NCBI GenBank assembly: GCA_907165135.1
Contig: OU015568.1
Location: 12,648,001 to 12,712,000 of the forward strand
From: Oikopleura dioica
Taxonomy: Eukaryota; Animalia; Chordata
Direction of reading: 5' to 3'
DNA: 64,000 bases
Under the pieces are notes generated by a model. It was given only the letters and a program-made list of their open reading frames with translations, was not told the origin of the DNA and did not search any database. The position numbers and the translations under genes are program-made. Positions 49,857 to 61,970 of the stretch are shown piece by piece. How positions within the stretch are numbered: the stretch's first letter is position 1; every line of letters starts with the position of its first letter.

Positions 49857-50394
49857 ATAACAATAAAGCGATTTTATGGAACTAACAAAAGACCAACTTC
49901 CCAAGTTGCTTCCAATTTGGAGGAAGTTTCTTTTAGAAAAACTTGACAATTGTTCTTCTACAATTTCCGTAACCACTCGATTTTAGGAAACACGCGCAAA
50001 ATTCCATGATCATAAATTATATTTACAGTTAGTTACATGTGTTAGGTTCTTGAATGAAACTCCGTCGATTTTCTTTTCTTGGGTTTAAAAGCAATCTTCG
50101 TAGAAATCGACTCTGTTACCATCGGGGCAGCACTAGAAAGTTTTCAAGAATAATGTCAATAAACGAGCTGACCTTCTGCCCCTCACGGTAGTACTGAACA
50201 TTGGGAATTCGTCCACAGCAGCCTATTATTTTTCCGTAGTGTAGGAATGACACGATGTTTGGTAGACTTATCGATCGAGCTAGAAACGAACATATCTGCT
50301 GGGGAAGAATAATCTGGGCTTGTATTTACGGCGTGTTAATATTTGTGTGGGGTTTTTTCTAGTTTGTTTGATGATTGTTTCTCCCCCGTGGGGG

Positions 50395-50581
50395 AGTGGG
50401 CCGAGCTCGCCGGTACTGCAATAGCGAGTCAACCCGTGGGAAGAGCGGAGCAAGCCCCTAACTACATCCCTAGTTCCAAAAATCAGGGTGACAATAGACG
50501 TCCCAGTAGGGACGGTCCCAGCTGTCACACTGAGAAGAACAGATACTACACTTGATCTTAGCCACAAAGGCCGGAAGCGAT
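50395..50581 (-). ncRNA. U2: U2 spliceosomal snRNA
   Basis: ATCGCTTCCGGCCTTTGTGGCTAAGATCAAGTGTAGTATCTGTTCTT, Sm site GATTTTTGG, GCTTGCTCC and loop IV ATTGCAGTAC. Confidence 0.96.
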
Positions 50582-51039
50582 GCCGTGCTGGTGTGGAGAA
50601 AGGTACCGTTTTTCAAAACTGGCTATCGCGTTATGGTGCCTATTTCGATAGATGGCCTCTTACCTGTGAGAAGCGGAGGGGGCGCTACCGCGCTCGAGAT
50701 AGCGGAGGATGGTGCTGGAAGACGATTTTCAGCTGGAAGAAGTTCACAACAATTTACAAAAATGAATTCCAAATTAAAGTTTCTAGGTAGCTTGCTATAA
50801 TGACTTCTTATTACTTTTATTACTTAATTTTCTTCATGACAATATTTTGCCTAATGTGACATTAGTAATCAATTCCTTTCAAAATCAACATTCACTACTA
50901 AGTCGGAAAGACGAGCTGATTTAGGAAAATTCTCATCTGAAAATTGCTGATATCCATGAGAACAAGAACTTGTGTCTAGAACTTGTCTTGAGCGATGAAT
51001 TGTTTTTCGAGTTTGGGAAAGTCAGAGAAGGTGCTTCTG

Positions 51040-52079
51040 CTAGGCGCGGCCCCGCGCAGTCGCTCGATTTCTAAAGAAAATGATATTTGTGATGTGTTTT
51101 CGCTTCCGGAATCGGTTACGGTTCGTGGTGCCTGAATGTTTGAGACATCTTCGCTCCCAGTTGAATGGCGGCTGGCCCCACTTCCGGTGGTTTTGGATAT
51201 TCCACTCAGGTTCAAGACCGGCCAGCTTCTCCGCCAAGGAGAGATCGCACTCGCATCTCTGTCGTTTACAAGTTCCGATGTCATCCGCGCAGACGAGCAA
51301 GTTCTCACCTGTCTGCTCGTTTTCTCGCCCGTAGACGTTATAATGACCTATTTCGTTCTCAGAGCAAGGAGCGTTGAGCTTAGAGCTGTACATGCAATTA
51401 TAGCAGGTGCTGTACTCTCTGCAAGATTTATCGATATTGTCGACTGGGTCTCCAGTCCCGATACCGAGGTCACCCGCCCCGTTTGGAAAGCACCAGCAGC
51501 CGTAGAAGCAATACTTCCCGAGGAACTTCTGTTTCTGACGAAATTGAATTGCGAACTATTGAAGGTTTTACAAATTAAAATGATGTCACCGAGAAAAAGT
51601 TCTATCTTTATTTTAACTCGCTAAAACCCGCCCCTTTAGCTGCACATATCGTTTGACAAAAGCTTTATCTTCTTCCGAAAACTCGGCTCTCGAACTTTTC
51701 AATCTTACGCGTTCCCTCCCCGTCGCAATGAGTTCCAACAACCCTCGATCAAATTGGGGATTTCTCTGAAAACCGTTATTAAAACTACTCTTACCAGGTG
51801 GCGGCGCGGGTCTGTAGCTTGGTATGAAGTTGACCATTATTTCATCGTATAAATTTTGATAGTCTCTTCTGCTCCAGTTCTCTAGCTTCATGTGTTCCAT
51901 AAGCTCTTTCACTAGAATTTCTCTTCACAATAAATGTCGATAAAATTGTTTTTACCATCTTGCGTTCGATTGTACTGCAATTTGCGAATATCAAACTTAT
52001 GGTGGCTCGACTCGACAAACACTCCTCTCGCCGAGATTACAGTAAAAAAGGGCCAAAACAGGAGCACGCCGCGCAACAT
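51040..52079 (-). CDS. Secreted phospholipase A2-fold protein, catalytic dyad lost
   Basis: Signal peptide MLRGVLLFW. YGCWC...PVDNIDKSCREYSTCYNC and CKRQRCECD. Confidence 0.75.
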
Positions 52080-52477
52080 GATTTCAAAATAGAAACTGGC
52101 GGAAGTTCCAGCGACCGCGTGGTCGATTGTGGTCAGCAGCGCCACGGAGAATGGGGGCGCCTCCCATCCTGATTCTCCAAAGGTTGAGTTCAAGGAATGC
52201 TTCTTTTTGATTTGATATCTATCACATTCATGATTCAAAATCGCAATAATAAAAAATAGGTTCTATCATGAATGATTGAAATTTTCTACATTTTTAGGTC
52301 TTTTAAAATTTGCGATCTCCTATCTACCATGAGATTTTTTTAGAGAGGGAGAAGGCCCCATTTACCCACACGTCATTCATGTTTTGAAAAATTTTTGAGT
52401 AAAATTCAGATTGAGATTTGATTTACCGCAACTTTCCCAGATTTCAATTCGCATTTAGCCAGAATATTTACTAGAGA

Positions 52478-53082
52478 ATGGACAATTCCACTTTTCCAAA
52501 TAACACCACCTCACATTTTTCTGAGGTCAGCAAAGCTTATGAAGAATATTTTTATTGAATTTTAAGGCGGATCCGATTTCTTTCTTCAATTCTTCAGAAG
52601 ACTATGTTTTCGCTAATGTGACGGAAACTGCTATTTCCCCAAGAGAACTGGTCTTTGAATACGACGGCGATGAGTTTGACACTGTCAACGAAACTTACGC
52701 CCTCGTCAACGGAATTTACCTCGAAAACGGAACAATTGGAAACGACACGCTTGATGGTCGACGATACGTACCTTCGGCTATTCCCGATGTAAGAGTTTAT
52801 AATGGTTTCAATTAAAATTTCCCATTCAGTACCTCACTACAACTAAACCAACTGAAGAGACGAAGGGTAACGACGGGAAACAAGGTTTCATATTCCTGTT
52901 CGGGCTTTGTGGAATCATTATTCTCATCGGTCTTCTCCTCAAGTTTTTCAACAAGGGAAAAGATCAAGAAGAAGATGAAGAGCACCAGAATCTGAGTAAG
53001 ACCAAATTATCCTTCTTTTTTTGTTAATTTGCTAAATTTAGAAGCGAATGAAAACCCGAACGAAAAATTTAGCAAAATGTAG
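52478..53082 (+). CDS. Small acidic, N-glycosylated single-pass membrane protein
   Basis: 4 exons, many NxS/T sequons, TM segment FIFLFGLCGIIILIGLLL, AATAAA downstream. Confidence 0.6.
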
Positions 53083-53643
53083 CTTTCAATTACGCTATCA
53101 GAATAATATTCAATAAAGAATACATGTTATGAACATGAAGTTTTATTTCTGTCGACTGAACTTGGGGCTTATTGAGTTGCGATGAGTTTGGCACTTGTAT
53201 TCTTATTCAGGGTCATCGAGCAAAATTAATGATTACCAAACTTTCATCTAGTCGATGTTAGTGAGCATTAGTGGTGAAACGTCAAATACAAAGACAACTG
53301 TTTTCCAAAGATGAAAACATTGTCACGCGTTTTTAGTTCGTTAGTCAGACATGTGCAAAGGCATTTAGAAAGTCATTAATTAAGGCAGTCTACGTATTTC
53401 TCACAGTGCTCATTCCAAATTTACATTTCAACACTTCAACCCTGAAAAGTGATTATCAACACAGTGAGAACAACTTTCCTTGCGGAAGGATGATCCCGCT
53501 TAACAGCTGGCAGCCACGGGAATTTAATTAACAAGCATGCACCCTGGAATACGGTCTAAAGGAGAAGAAGGCTGATTTTCAAAAGGACACGCTAAAATTC
53601 ACACTAGTTTCTGTTTTTCAAATGTACAGTATCGCTTCGCTCT

Positions 53644-55431
53644 TTACGACAATTGCATGACCACTGTGGCAAAAGAAGGCCTCATGCTTCGCGATATCTT
53701 TGTCGGAGTTGCTTTTGCTGCATTGAGAATTGAAGTCCGCACTTTCTGATATTTTGTCTTTTTATACGTCACGTGGGGCCCATGATCTGCCTTTTGTGGC
53801 TTTCTTCTGTTCTTCATGTTGCCTTGGCGCAATCTGAAAGACTTGTTCTTTCCAATCAAAAAGTTAGATATTGATACTATTTCGCTAACTGTTTATGTTT
53901 GCGCAAAAAAGTCAATTCCAAGTTCAAGAAACGAAGAAATATGTGAATCGGCTAACAGCGTTGCCCTTTTCGCCAATTTCAAAATGATGGAACTGGCTGC
54001 TTACTTTACAAAAAGGCGCAAGGCGAGAAATTGCTTTCTCCGGTACTTACAGCAGGTATTCGATGTCTACTTCCCGCTGGCAAACATTCTTTCGAGAAGG
54101 GATTGAGTCAGAACAAGAAGTTGAAGTGGATGGAGAATCCCTTGGAGAGATATTCTTTTCTTGGCCTCGACGATTTTGACAATCGAATCGCGAAGGATCG
54201 ATCTTTTCCTGATGAAAAAAGTTAATTTTGTTTAAAGATATAAACATAATTAATAAGTAGGCAGCGCCTGTTTTGCCCAAATTCCCGGATCGCCCACATC
54301 CCGGATCGCCCATTTTCCTGGATCGCCCATTGTGGGCAAAACGGGAAAATGTGCGGAACGGGATTTGTGTGCAAACCAGGATTTGCAATTGTAAATTTGA
54401 AATTTGATAATCGATCGAAATTGATCTTTGGAAATCAGACATTCCAAAGAAGATTTGACCGAGTTATGATTTTATTTGTAGGAAGAAAAGATATAATACC
54501 CAGGCAGGGGTCTAAATATCAGCCAAAAACCCAGTGCGAGAGCGAAACTTTTTTTTCAAATTTTGTGCGAAGAGAAAGCGAAGCGAATTTGAACTTCCAG
54601 TGCGAAGCGAAAATTTCTTTAAAATTGCGAACATTTTTGGAGATAAAAATTTTTATTTCAAAAATAATAGAATTCATTGGTTTTCAAAAATTTGACAATT
54701 ATAAAAACGTCGATATAAAAGGGTAAGTTCACAAAGGTTTGTGATACATAAGGCGACCATCTCGAATGCCTGAAGGAAAACCCTAAAATGTATTTTTTGC
54801 GGAATTATAAGACCCAAACTAAGGTCCCGAAGCCTCCGAGAGAGTTCAAGCTCTTATCTTTCAAATAAGGTGCTCAGGGCTACTGTGTTCATAAGAATTA
54901 ACCCTGAGATGGCCCATCTCAAGTAAGGTAACATTCGGCACTTGTAAAGGTTAAAAATTTCAAAGTGACAAATTAAACATCACAATTGTTATGATATTCT
55001 TACAGACGCCCTACTATAGAGCAAAAAGTAACCGCCTTTTGATAAATAATGTCACTTTTTCGCTTTTTTTCGCTTTTGAGAGTTTGATATTTTGTGCTTC
55101 GCTTCGCTTCGCTTCGCTTCGCAATAAAGCGAATTCGCACTGCGAATTTAGACCCCTGACTCAGGGATAAAGAGTTCCTTTTCTAATTTTGTAAATCCCG
55201 TTCTGCCCAATCCTGAATCGCACATTTTCCTGATTCGCACATTTTCCCGTTTTGCCCACAATGGGCGATCCAGGAAAATGGGCGATCCGGGATGTGGGCG
55301 ATCCGGGATTTTGGGCGAAACGGGAGCTGCCTAATAAGTATGAACGTACAGATAATAAAAATTTTAACCTTCGATTTTTTCTCTTTAAAAATTTCAGCTA
55401 ACTTGTTCCAACTCTTTCCAAGAATAGTCAT
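53644..55431 (-). CDS. Putative uncharacterised gene whose first intron hosts the nested transposons
   Basis: MTILGKSW...EKKSK|GT intron ... CAG|EKIDPSRF splices in frame. Later exons are tentative. Confidence 0.3.
54260..55331. mobile_element. Non-autonomous Mutator-like element (about 100-bp TIRs, 9-bp TSD TAATAAGTA)
   Basis: GGCAGC...GCTGCC termini and internal GGATCGCCCA repeats in the TIRs. Identical 9-mer at 54251-54259 and 55332-55340. Confidence 0.9.
54505..55158. mobile_element. Nested non-autonomous element with 13-bp TIR CAGGGGTCTAAAT and subterminal GCGAA repeats
   Basis: TIR pair at 54505 and 55146-55158, (TTCGC)n array near the right end, flanks ACCCAGG / ACTCAGG. Confidence 0.8.
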
Positions 55432-56166
55432 TGTTCCGTTTTGTCTCTTGAATACGCTAGAAAGTCGCTTGTTTTCTCTGCGTGTAAGTGTTTCTATCAG
55501 TAGTTTTCCAGAAAATCCAAAGTTAAAAGGGATAACCGCTGCTGATTGTTAGATGTCGTCAAGTATAAGTAGCAGCTGTGGGCCGTTTCCTTATTATTTT
55601 CCGTGTGAGGCCTTATCGAAAGCATTCTGTCGAGATCTTACTGTAAAGGTGGTGACACGAGAAATCAAGCGAGCAATACATCAAGTGAAGGAAAGCGATT
55701 TTGACACTATAAACTTGCAGTCCTGTGGTTACTCTTTCTGTCAACGAAAAGAAGACGGACCTGCCGATCTAGAGTCGCGAAATAATCGGTTGCATTTTTT
55801 TGTTTATTGGAGCTGATTTGTACTTCCTGATTCTTGACCGGTGTCGCGTTGACTAGCAGTTGACTTTTTGCGGTTTCCGTAAACTCGAGAGAAGATAATG
55901 ATTTTAGCGGGCAAGAATGGCCTTTTCAAAAAGAAAGAAAGATAAAATTCAATTTTCTAACACTTTGTCATTATGAACGGCCACCAGGAAAAATGTCAAT
56001 TTCGGAAGTTTTGCGAAAATAATCTTTTACAAAAATTGGCCACGAAAGAATTGTGGTTGAGGAGACTAGAAAGCCGGAAACGGTTCTCTATTTCTAAAAG
56101 ATACGGTTTCGACAATTGTGCAATATTTTGTTTATTTAAATATAATTGGAATAGAAACATATAAGC

Positions 56167-57740
56167 TCAGTAGTGATGGCGCTGATGTTGTTGCTGGTGC
56201 GACCGTTCTTGGGGTCGATATGTGCTCCGTCCTTGGTGAAGATGCTGATCTGCATCGCGTTGACTCATTCGGTACGAGCGCAGTGGGTCTGACATGTGAG
56301 TTGAAGCCTGCTGCCCAGGACGGGGAGGAACTGGAGCCAGGGGATAGTAAGGTGGCGGGTAGGGTTGTTGGTAGCTCATCGGATTCGGATGGTAACTTGG
56401 AACTGTGTTGTAATTAGCCCGATGTGATCCTTGTGGAATGGAGTTGTAGTTCGGCATTGACATGGCATTTTGTTCTTTTGAAGTTTCAACAGTGTGGTCT
56501 TTTTTTCAAATTCAAAAAGGTGATGTTATTGCTGAAACATTCCTCTGGGGTAATTTCGATTAACTGGAGGATGGCTAGGTAACAAAGGATGAGATAATTC
56601 ATGTTTGCCATAATCTGTATCCTGAACGTCGTCACTTAAAATAATGAAAATATATTCATCTTACGTGACTAAGTTTCAACGGCGGTACGACATTTTTCAA
56701 TTCGACGTCCGACGATGGTTTTCTCTTTTCATACAAATCACTGTATCCCATTTTCACTGGTTTTTGAGGTGGTTGTTCTGTCTTCTTTTTCTCTCGCTCG
56801 CTTCTATGCCTCGGTTGGACAGGTGTTTGAGTTGACGCTTCAGAAGTTATAGTTCGGCTGCTGAGTTTCGAGCTCATTCTGGTACTTTGAGACTGAGATG
56901 GCTCCGGGCTGGAACCGGAACTTTCTTTCAGTTGTGGAAGTTCTGTGGAGACCGAATTCTTCATTGAAATTTTCGATTCGTTCAACGCCTTCTGACGAAG
57001 CTCCTTCGAAAAATTAGAAAAATATATTTGATGTTTGTGGCACCTTATTTGATGTTCTCAAACTTTGATTCTCCATCATGTATTCTTGAAGCAAATTGTA
57101 CAAGCTCCGATCTTGTTCTGCGTCTATTTCGCCACTGTCGATCTTATTTTTGGCGATTTGCTGTCGTAAGTTTCGATTCTCCTCCTTCAACGCGTTCAGT
57201 TTATTTTTTATCTCCACCATTTCGCGAACTGAACATTAATATATATTTTCTCATTAGTTGTATTAACCGGAATCGAGATTTTTGCTATTATCTCGAGCTG
57301 ATCTTGGGGACCTTCTTTTCTTTTCCGAGATTGACCGAGATGAAGTCGGAGTTTTCGCCCCGTGAGACCGAGCAGAGCGCGGAGTTCTATGTGATTCGGA
57401 ACGTGGGGTCTTATTCATATCAGGCTTATTTGATTCTGCATGATCTGACTGAAGCTGATGCGCGTGACTTGTGCTTTTTCGGCGCTCTCTTCTCCGTCTT
57501 TCATGTTGAACCCTCGGAGAGTACTCATTTGCTACGTTGCGCTCAGCACGGGGACTTGCTCTTGGACTTGGACAATTATCCCAAAGGTCCTTTCGATCTG
57601 GTAGGGGGCGCCTTATCGGGATAAGTAACTCTTTTTCTAGCTTGCCAAATTTATAAAATTCAATTATCCTACTGGCCTTTCGTTCTGCGATTTTCTCCCA
57701 TCAGACCGGGGCGTCAAATAGTCTGCATTTTCACTATCCG
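56167..57740 (-). CDS. Uncharacterised protein (coiled coil plus Ser/Pro-rich), multi-exon, start uncertain
   Basis: Consecutive minus-strand ORFs (57014-57220, 56656-56985, 56167-56463) separated by short introns. Confidence 0.45.
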
Positions 57741-58303
57741 ACATTTGCTCTCCCCAAGAATTTTTCAAACTGATCTTTTTCATGCCACTTTGGAACAACT
57801 ATCCTGCTCGTATTCTAGAAGTCCCCTTTTACAAGACTTTTATTATACTCGATCATAATTATGAAAACAAGGCTTTTTACCTTTTATTAATGAGTTTTTA
57901 GCCATCTGAACTTTCTCTTTTTCATGATTTTCTTGAGCAAAAATGGGGAGGTGTTTTCACTTTGATCGGGGTGATCAATTTTCCTCTTTGTCTAGCTTGC
58001 TTCTTTTATATTTTTCTTTCTGAAAATAAAAAAGAAACAATTCTTCCTTATAATATTTGAGTACTAATCAAATAGGCCCTTTCTCGACTCCCCTCTCTCG
58101 GAAGTAAATATTAAAATTATAATAAAAACGAAGCCACAGATCGGGCTCCTGTATTTGACCTGCTGAGCTTGCGGGCTCGATTTTCGTAAAAAACCTGTGT
58201 CAAACTGCAATTTACTCTCGTTCACGAACGAAAGTAAATAATCGGAGATTAAAAATATTGATATTTATTATATCTTGTTACTGAATAAATAAGTCTCGCA
58301 CAG

Positions 58304-61008
58304 TTATCGAGAAGTAGTATTGAACTGATCAAAGTACGCGTTCGATGGCCGGTTGGTGTAAACTTCCGAGTCCATGTGATTGAGTCGCTCGCACTGCTCC
58401 TTGGCGAGTTTGTGGTTTTCCTCATCCAGCTTCTTCTGGATATCGCGGCGCTGTCGTTTTTCGCTATAAATCGGCTTGATAATATTTGTATGCGAAGAGT
58501 TTAGGGATAGTTTGCGGGTATTCTCTTCCATGATTTCAAATGAGAAAACTTAAGCCGTTCCTGCGCTCCATAAGCATAAGAGTTTTCGCCTGCTGGATTC
58601 TGTCGTTGTCCCATTGATTGTCGATTTCTTTATTTTGATTTTGGATCGCTTTATTTTCGCTTCGCTGAAGTTCTTGCGTTGATCGGATGTCTTCGACCTG
58701 CGCGGGACTCATTCCCTAAAGGAACTTTTATTTAAAAAATAAAACTAGACGATTTTACCTTCCATCGGTCAGTAAGAACTCGGTGGGAGCCAAAAGTGGA
58801 CTTGGCGACAGCTGGATCTTCCGTCAGCATAGTACCAGTAACGTTGTTTCTGATATCGGTCAGTTTGTCCTGCAACTCGCGGTTCTTTTCCGCGGCTTCT
58901 CGCTCACGCTTCTCTTTAGCTTGCTAAATTGGCATTCAGAAACATTTGTAATTTTTCAATTTACCTGTAAGTTAAATTGCTTCAATTCCTTTAAATCAGC
59001 TAATCTCTTGGCCTCTTTTTGGTCGAGCATCGTTTGCCACATCTCAGCCCAGGCGATTTGCTCAGTAAGGTACTTATGGGTGGTATAAGCTTCTTCCTGC
59101 TCTCGTCGAAGTTTTTCCTCTCTCTGGCAGTCTGAAACACACAATTTTTGAAATCGAAAAATTAACAGTGATTTTACCTGCCCACTGTCGTCGCTGATCC
59201 TGCTGGATGGAATTTCGCGATGGACCAGCAAGATCTTCTCCGTCGAAAACTTGTGCCGACGAAATACCAAGATTAGTGTCGACATCGGCGACTCGAACTG
59301 GAGCGCTGTTCTTTTTCGATTCCGGATCGTTGAGGTCCCACTCACGTCGGGACTCCTTGGTCTGATGCTCGAAGCGGAACTCGTTGATGCGCTTGGCCAA
59401 GTCGCGTTCGTCGCGCTCTTGTCGCTGCTCGTAGAGAAGACCGAGCTTGGCGTTCTTGTTGCTCTCCCGACCGTACGCCGCGTTGCGCTCATCTTCGGCT
59501 GCTAGTCGCTCCTTCTTTTCAGCCGTCTGCCGATCGAGCGCGGGCTTGTCAACGCCGATAAGTCTGAAAGGCTTGGTTATCATAAAAGAACCAGCTGCTT
59601 AAAAATAGAGATAAGGATGCATATCCACCCTCGGGTGAAAATTTCAATTCGAATTTCCAAAAATCATTTAGTTCAATCTTTAGTTTGCGAAATAATTTGA
59701 ATTATTGCTGCAGAATCTCAATCGAAGCGAGCATAAAATGCATTTTTTTCATTGCAAAATATGAATTTACATCGATTAACAATAGCATTGACTATTTTTG
59801 CGATACTAACTTTGCTACGTTATGTATCTTTCAGCCTTCAGAGCCAGAGAAAACTGACTGAAAGAAGAGTTTGGCCTATTTATTATTTGAAAAAGGAGTT
59901 TCGTCATTTTTCTTGATAAACAGTAAAATATTATTTCCAATATGAAAATCCTTAGACAGCTCATAAAACAGGAAGTTCGACGCTGCAAAACATCATCTAT
60001 CGATATGCGCAAAAGAATCATCTACGGCTTGCTTTTCCAACAAACGATTTTGCAGTCTTTTGCAATGGAAAACCGTTCAGAAAAGACTGCACGTTTCAAA
60101 AAGAATTCGATATCATAGGTCTGGTTCCAAAAAACTAAGAATTTCAATCTACCAACGTTTTCAACCAAAATTAAGCAAACCATCATACTTGGTCGCCTGT
60201 TATCGACAAAGTTTTACCGGCTGCTAAGAGAATAACCATCCTTAGAGAGCCTATTTCGCAAACAATATCGAGTTTTATATACTTCGGTAAAGATCATATA
60301 CGGGCTAATTCAAAATCACTTGATTCGTTCGAAGAATTTATACGGCGAAAATTTCAGACTAAGAAAATATACGGCTTCGAAGTTCGAAAAATTACGCACA
60401 ATCCGAATTCAGCAGATTTAGGTTTGTCATATGTTTTAGGTTTTATTGAGATAATATCATTTATTAAGGATTAGCGAGTATAGCCGAAGAACACAAAACT
60501 CCAGAAGCTTTTGCTGAACACATTCTGGGATACTACGATTTAATTCTAATCATGGAGTACTTCGACGAGAGCCTTATCCTTCTCAAACAGCTGTTATCTC
60601 TAGAATACGAAGATATTATTTACCTAAGAGCGAAAGAAAATCACGAAAAAAGCTTCAGCGAGGAAGATTTGACCAAAAAGTCGAAAGAAATCATTTTAAA
60701 ACGTCAATCTATCGACCAGATTTTATATGACTGCGCGAATAGAACGCTTTGGCGGAAAATAACTGATTTCGGACTTGTAAAAATGGACTCTGAATTGAAA
60801 ATCTTCCGAGAACTCCGAGAAAAAGCCGACCCGAATGATCTTCTTTTAAATTTTCAGGGGAAGAAATTCATGAATTATTTGAAAAACGAGCAGCTTCTTA
60901 CCTCTCCCGAGCGTTGAAGATTCGCTCTTGGCGAAGAGTTTCTCGCATTCGAGACTTCTCAATTGCCTCTTTCTCTTTTCGGTCGAGGAGCTCTCCGCGG
61001 GTCTCCAT
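58304..61008 (-). CDS. RIB43A-domain ciliary protein (RIBC)
   Basis: Exon 1 (61008-60902) METRG...RQERIFNARER joins LIGVD at 59563. RREWDLNDP, GISSAQVFDGEDL and YFDQFNTTSR*. Confidence 0.88.
59761..60917 (+). CDS. Galactose-3-O-sulfotransferase-like, nested antisense in RIBC intron 1
   Basis: N-terminal signal anchor, HKTGSSTLQNII.RY, TILREP..Q.IS.F.Y, EYFDESLILLK and D..LYD.AN.TLW. Confidence 0.85.
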
Positions 61009-61176
61009 TCTCCAGCTGCTGACTTTTCAAACTGACGATTAAACGTAAACACGCCTCAGGCCGAGACGTGTTCTAGAAAATAAACGACTTTTGGGATGAT
61101 TTATTTTTATTGTTTTATCAGCTTCTGAAAGGTAAATAGTTATGGCAAGAGAGAGAAAGCAGTATTTTAAACCTTG

Positions 61177-61927
61177 TTATTCAAAGACAAAAATTTGTTT
61201 TTGCATCATTTTTACGCAGTTCTTCAGGCCGAGAGTCTTTTCTTTCGGGTCGAGCTGAAGACACAAGTTCTGAAACTCGCTGAGCAGGTAAGAGTGCGCT
61301 TGGCCTCGGGTTTTCCATCGTTGAGCCTCGTTTTGATCTTTGCATCTTTCCAAGCGCGGAATCGGATTGTCTTTCATCGGTTGGAGGCAGATCGGAGGCG
61401 TCACGTCGTAGTCGTACATAATTTGCTTATTCTTATTGTACTGAGTACTTGTTTAATTCATTGAATCAAGAGCAAATCATACTTGAAAATATTGATTTCG
61501 GGCTCTGGCATGACACTTGTCAATTGTCAGTGTTTTGTTTAAAACTAAAGCTTATATTAATTTTTTATTGAATAAAAAACAAACCGGTTAAACACAAGTC
61601 CGTCATTTCTCCACGAATCTGACCAGCAAAGCGCACATCTTCGTATGGTAAGAATTCCAAACTCTTTAGAACTTTATTTCGGTACCATAAAAACGGTTTC
61701 GATTCTTTTTTCTTTCGAAAGAATTTGATCTGTTTCACGAGGACTCGATTTTCCTTGGAGAGCCTTTTTGATGGATTTCGTTGAATTACGGCCTCGGCAA
61801 AGTCGTCCATCCAAGATCGTGCAAGAATAAGGATCGTCTCATCGGAAGGAGAAGGAAAACGATCTTGGAAGAGTTGGCCGATGTGCGAGCAAGGATGAAT
61901 TTCAATCGACCCTCCAAGCATCCAGAT
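61177..61927 (-). CDS. Second GALNT C-terminal exon set (end of catalytic domain plus ricin lectin); alternative terminal cassette or truncated operon gene
   Basis: Acceptor TTCAG|[26 protein letters not shown] and ricin repeats (QRW, QIF). No N-terminal half of its own. Confidence 0.65.
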
Positions 61928-61970
61928 CTGAATAAAAGTTTCTGGAGGCACTATTTATATTCACAATAAG

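Noticed and set aside
50280-50800. ORFs over the U2 region
   Set aside because: Explained by U2 snRNA and its promoter.
54270-54335. Short direct repeats resembling a CRISPR array
   Set aside because: Eukaryotic DNA; these are internal repeats of a transposon TIR without unique spacers.
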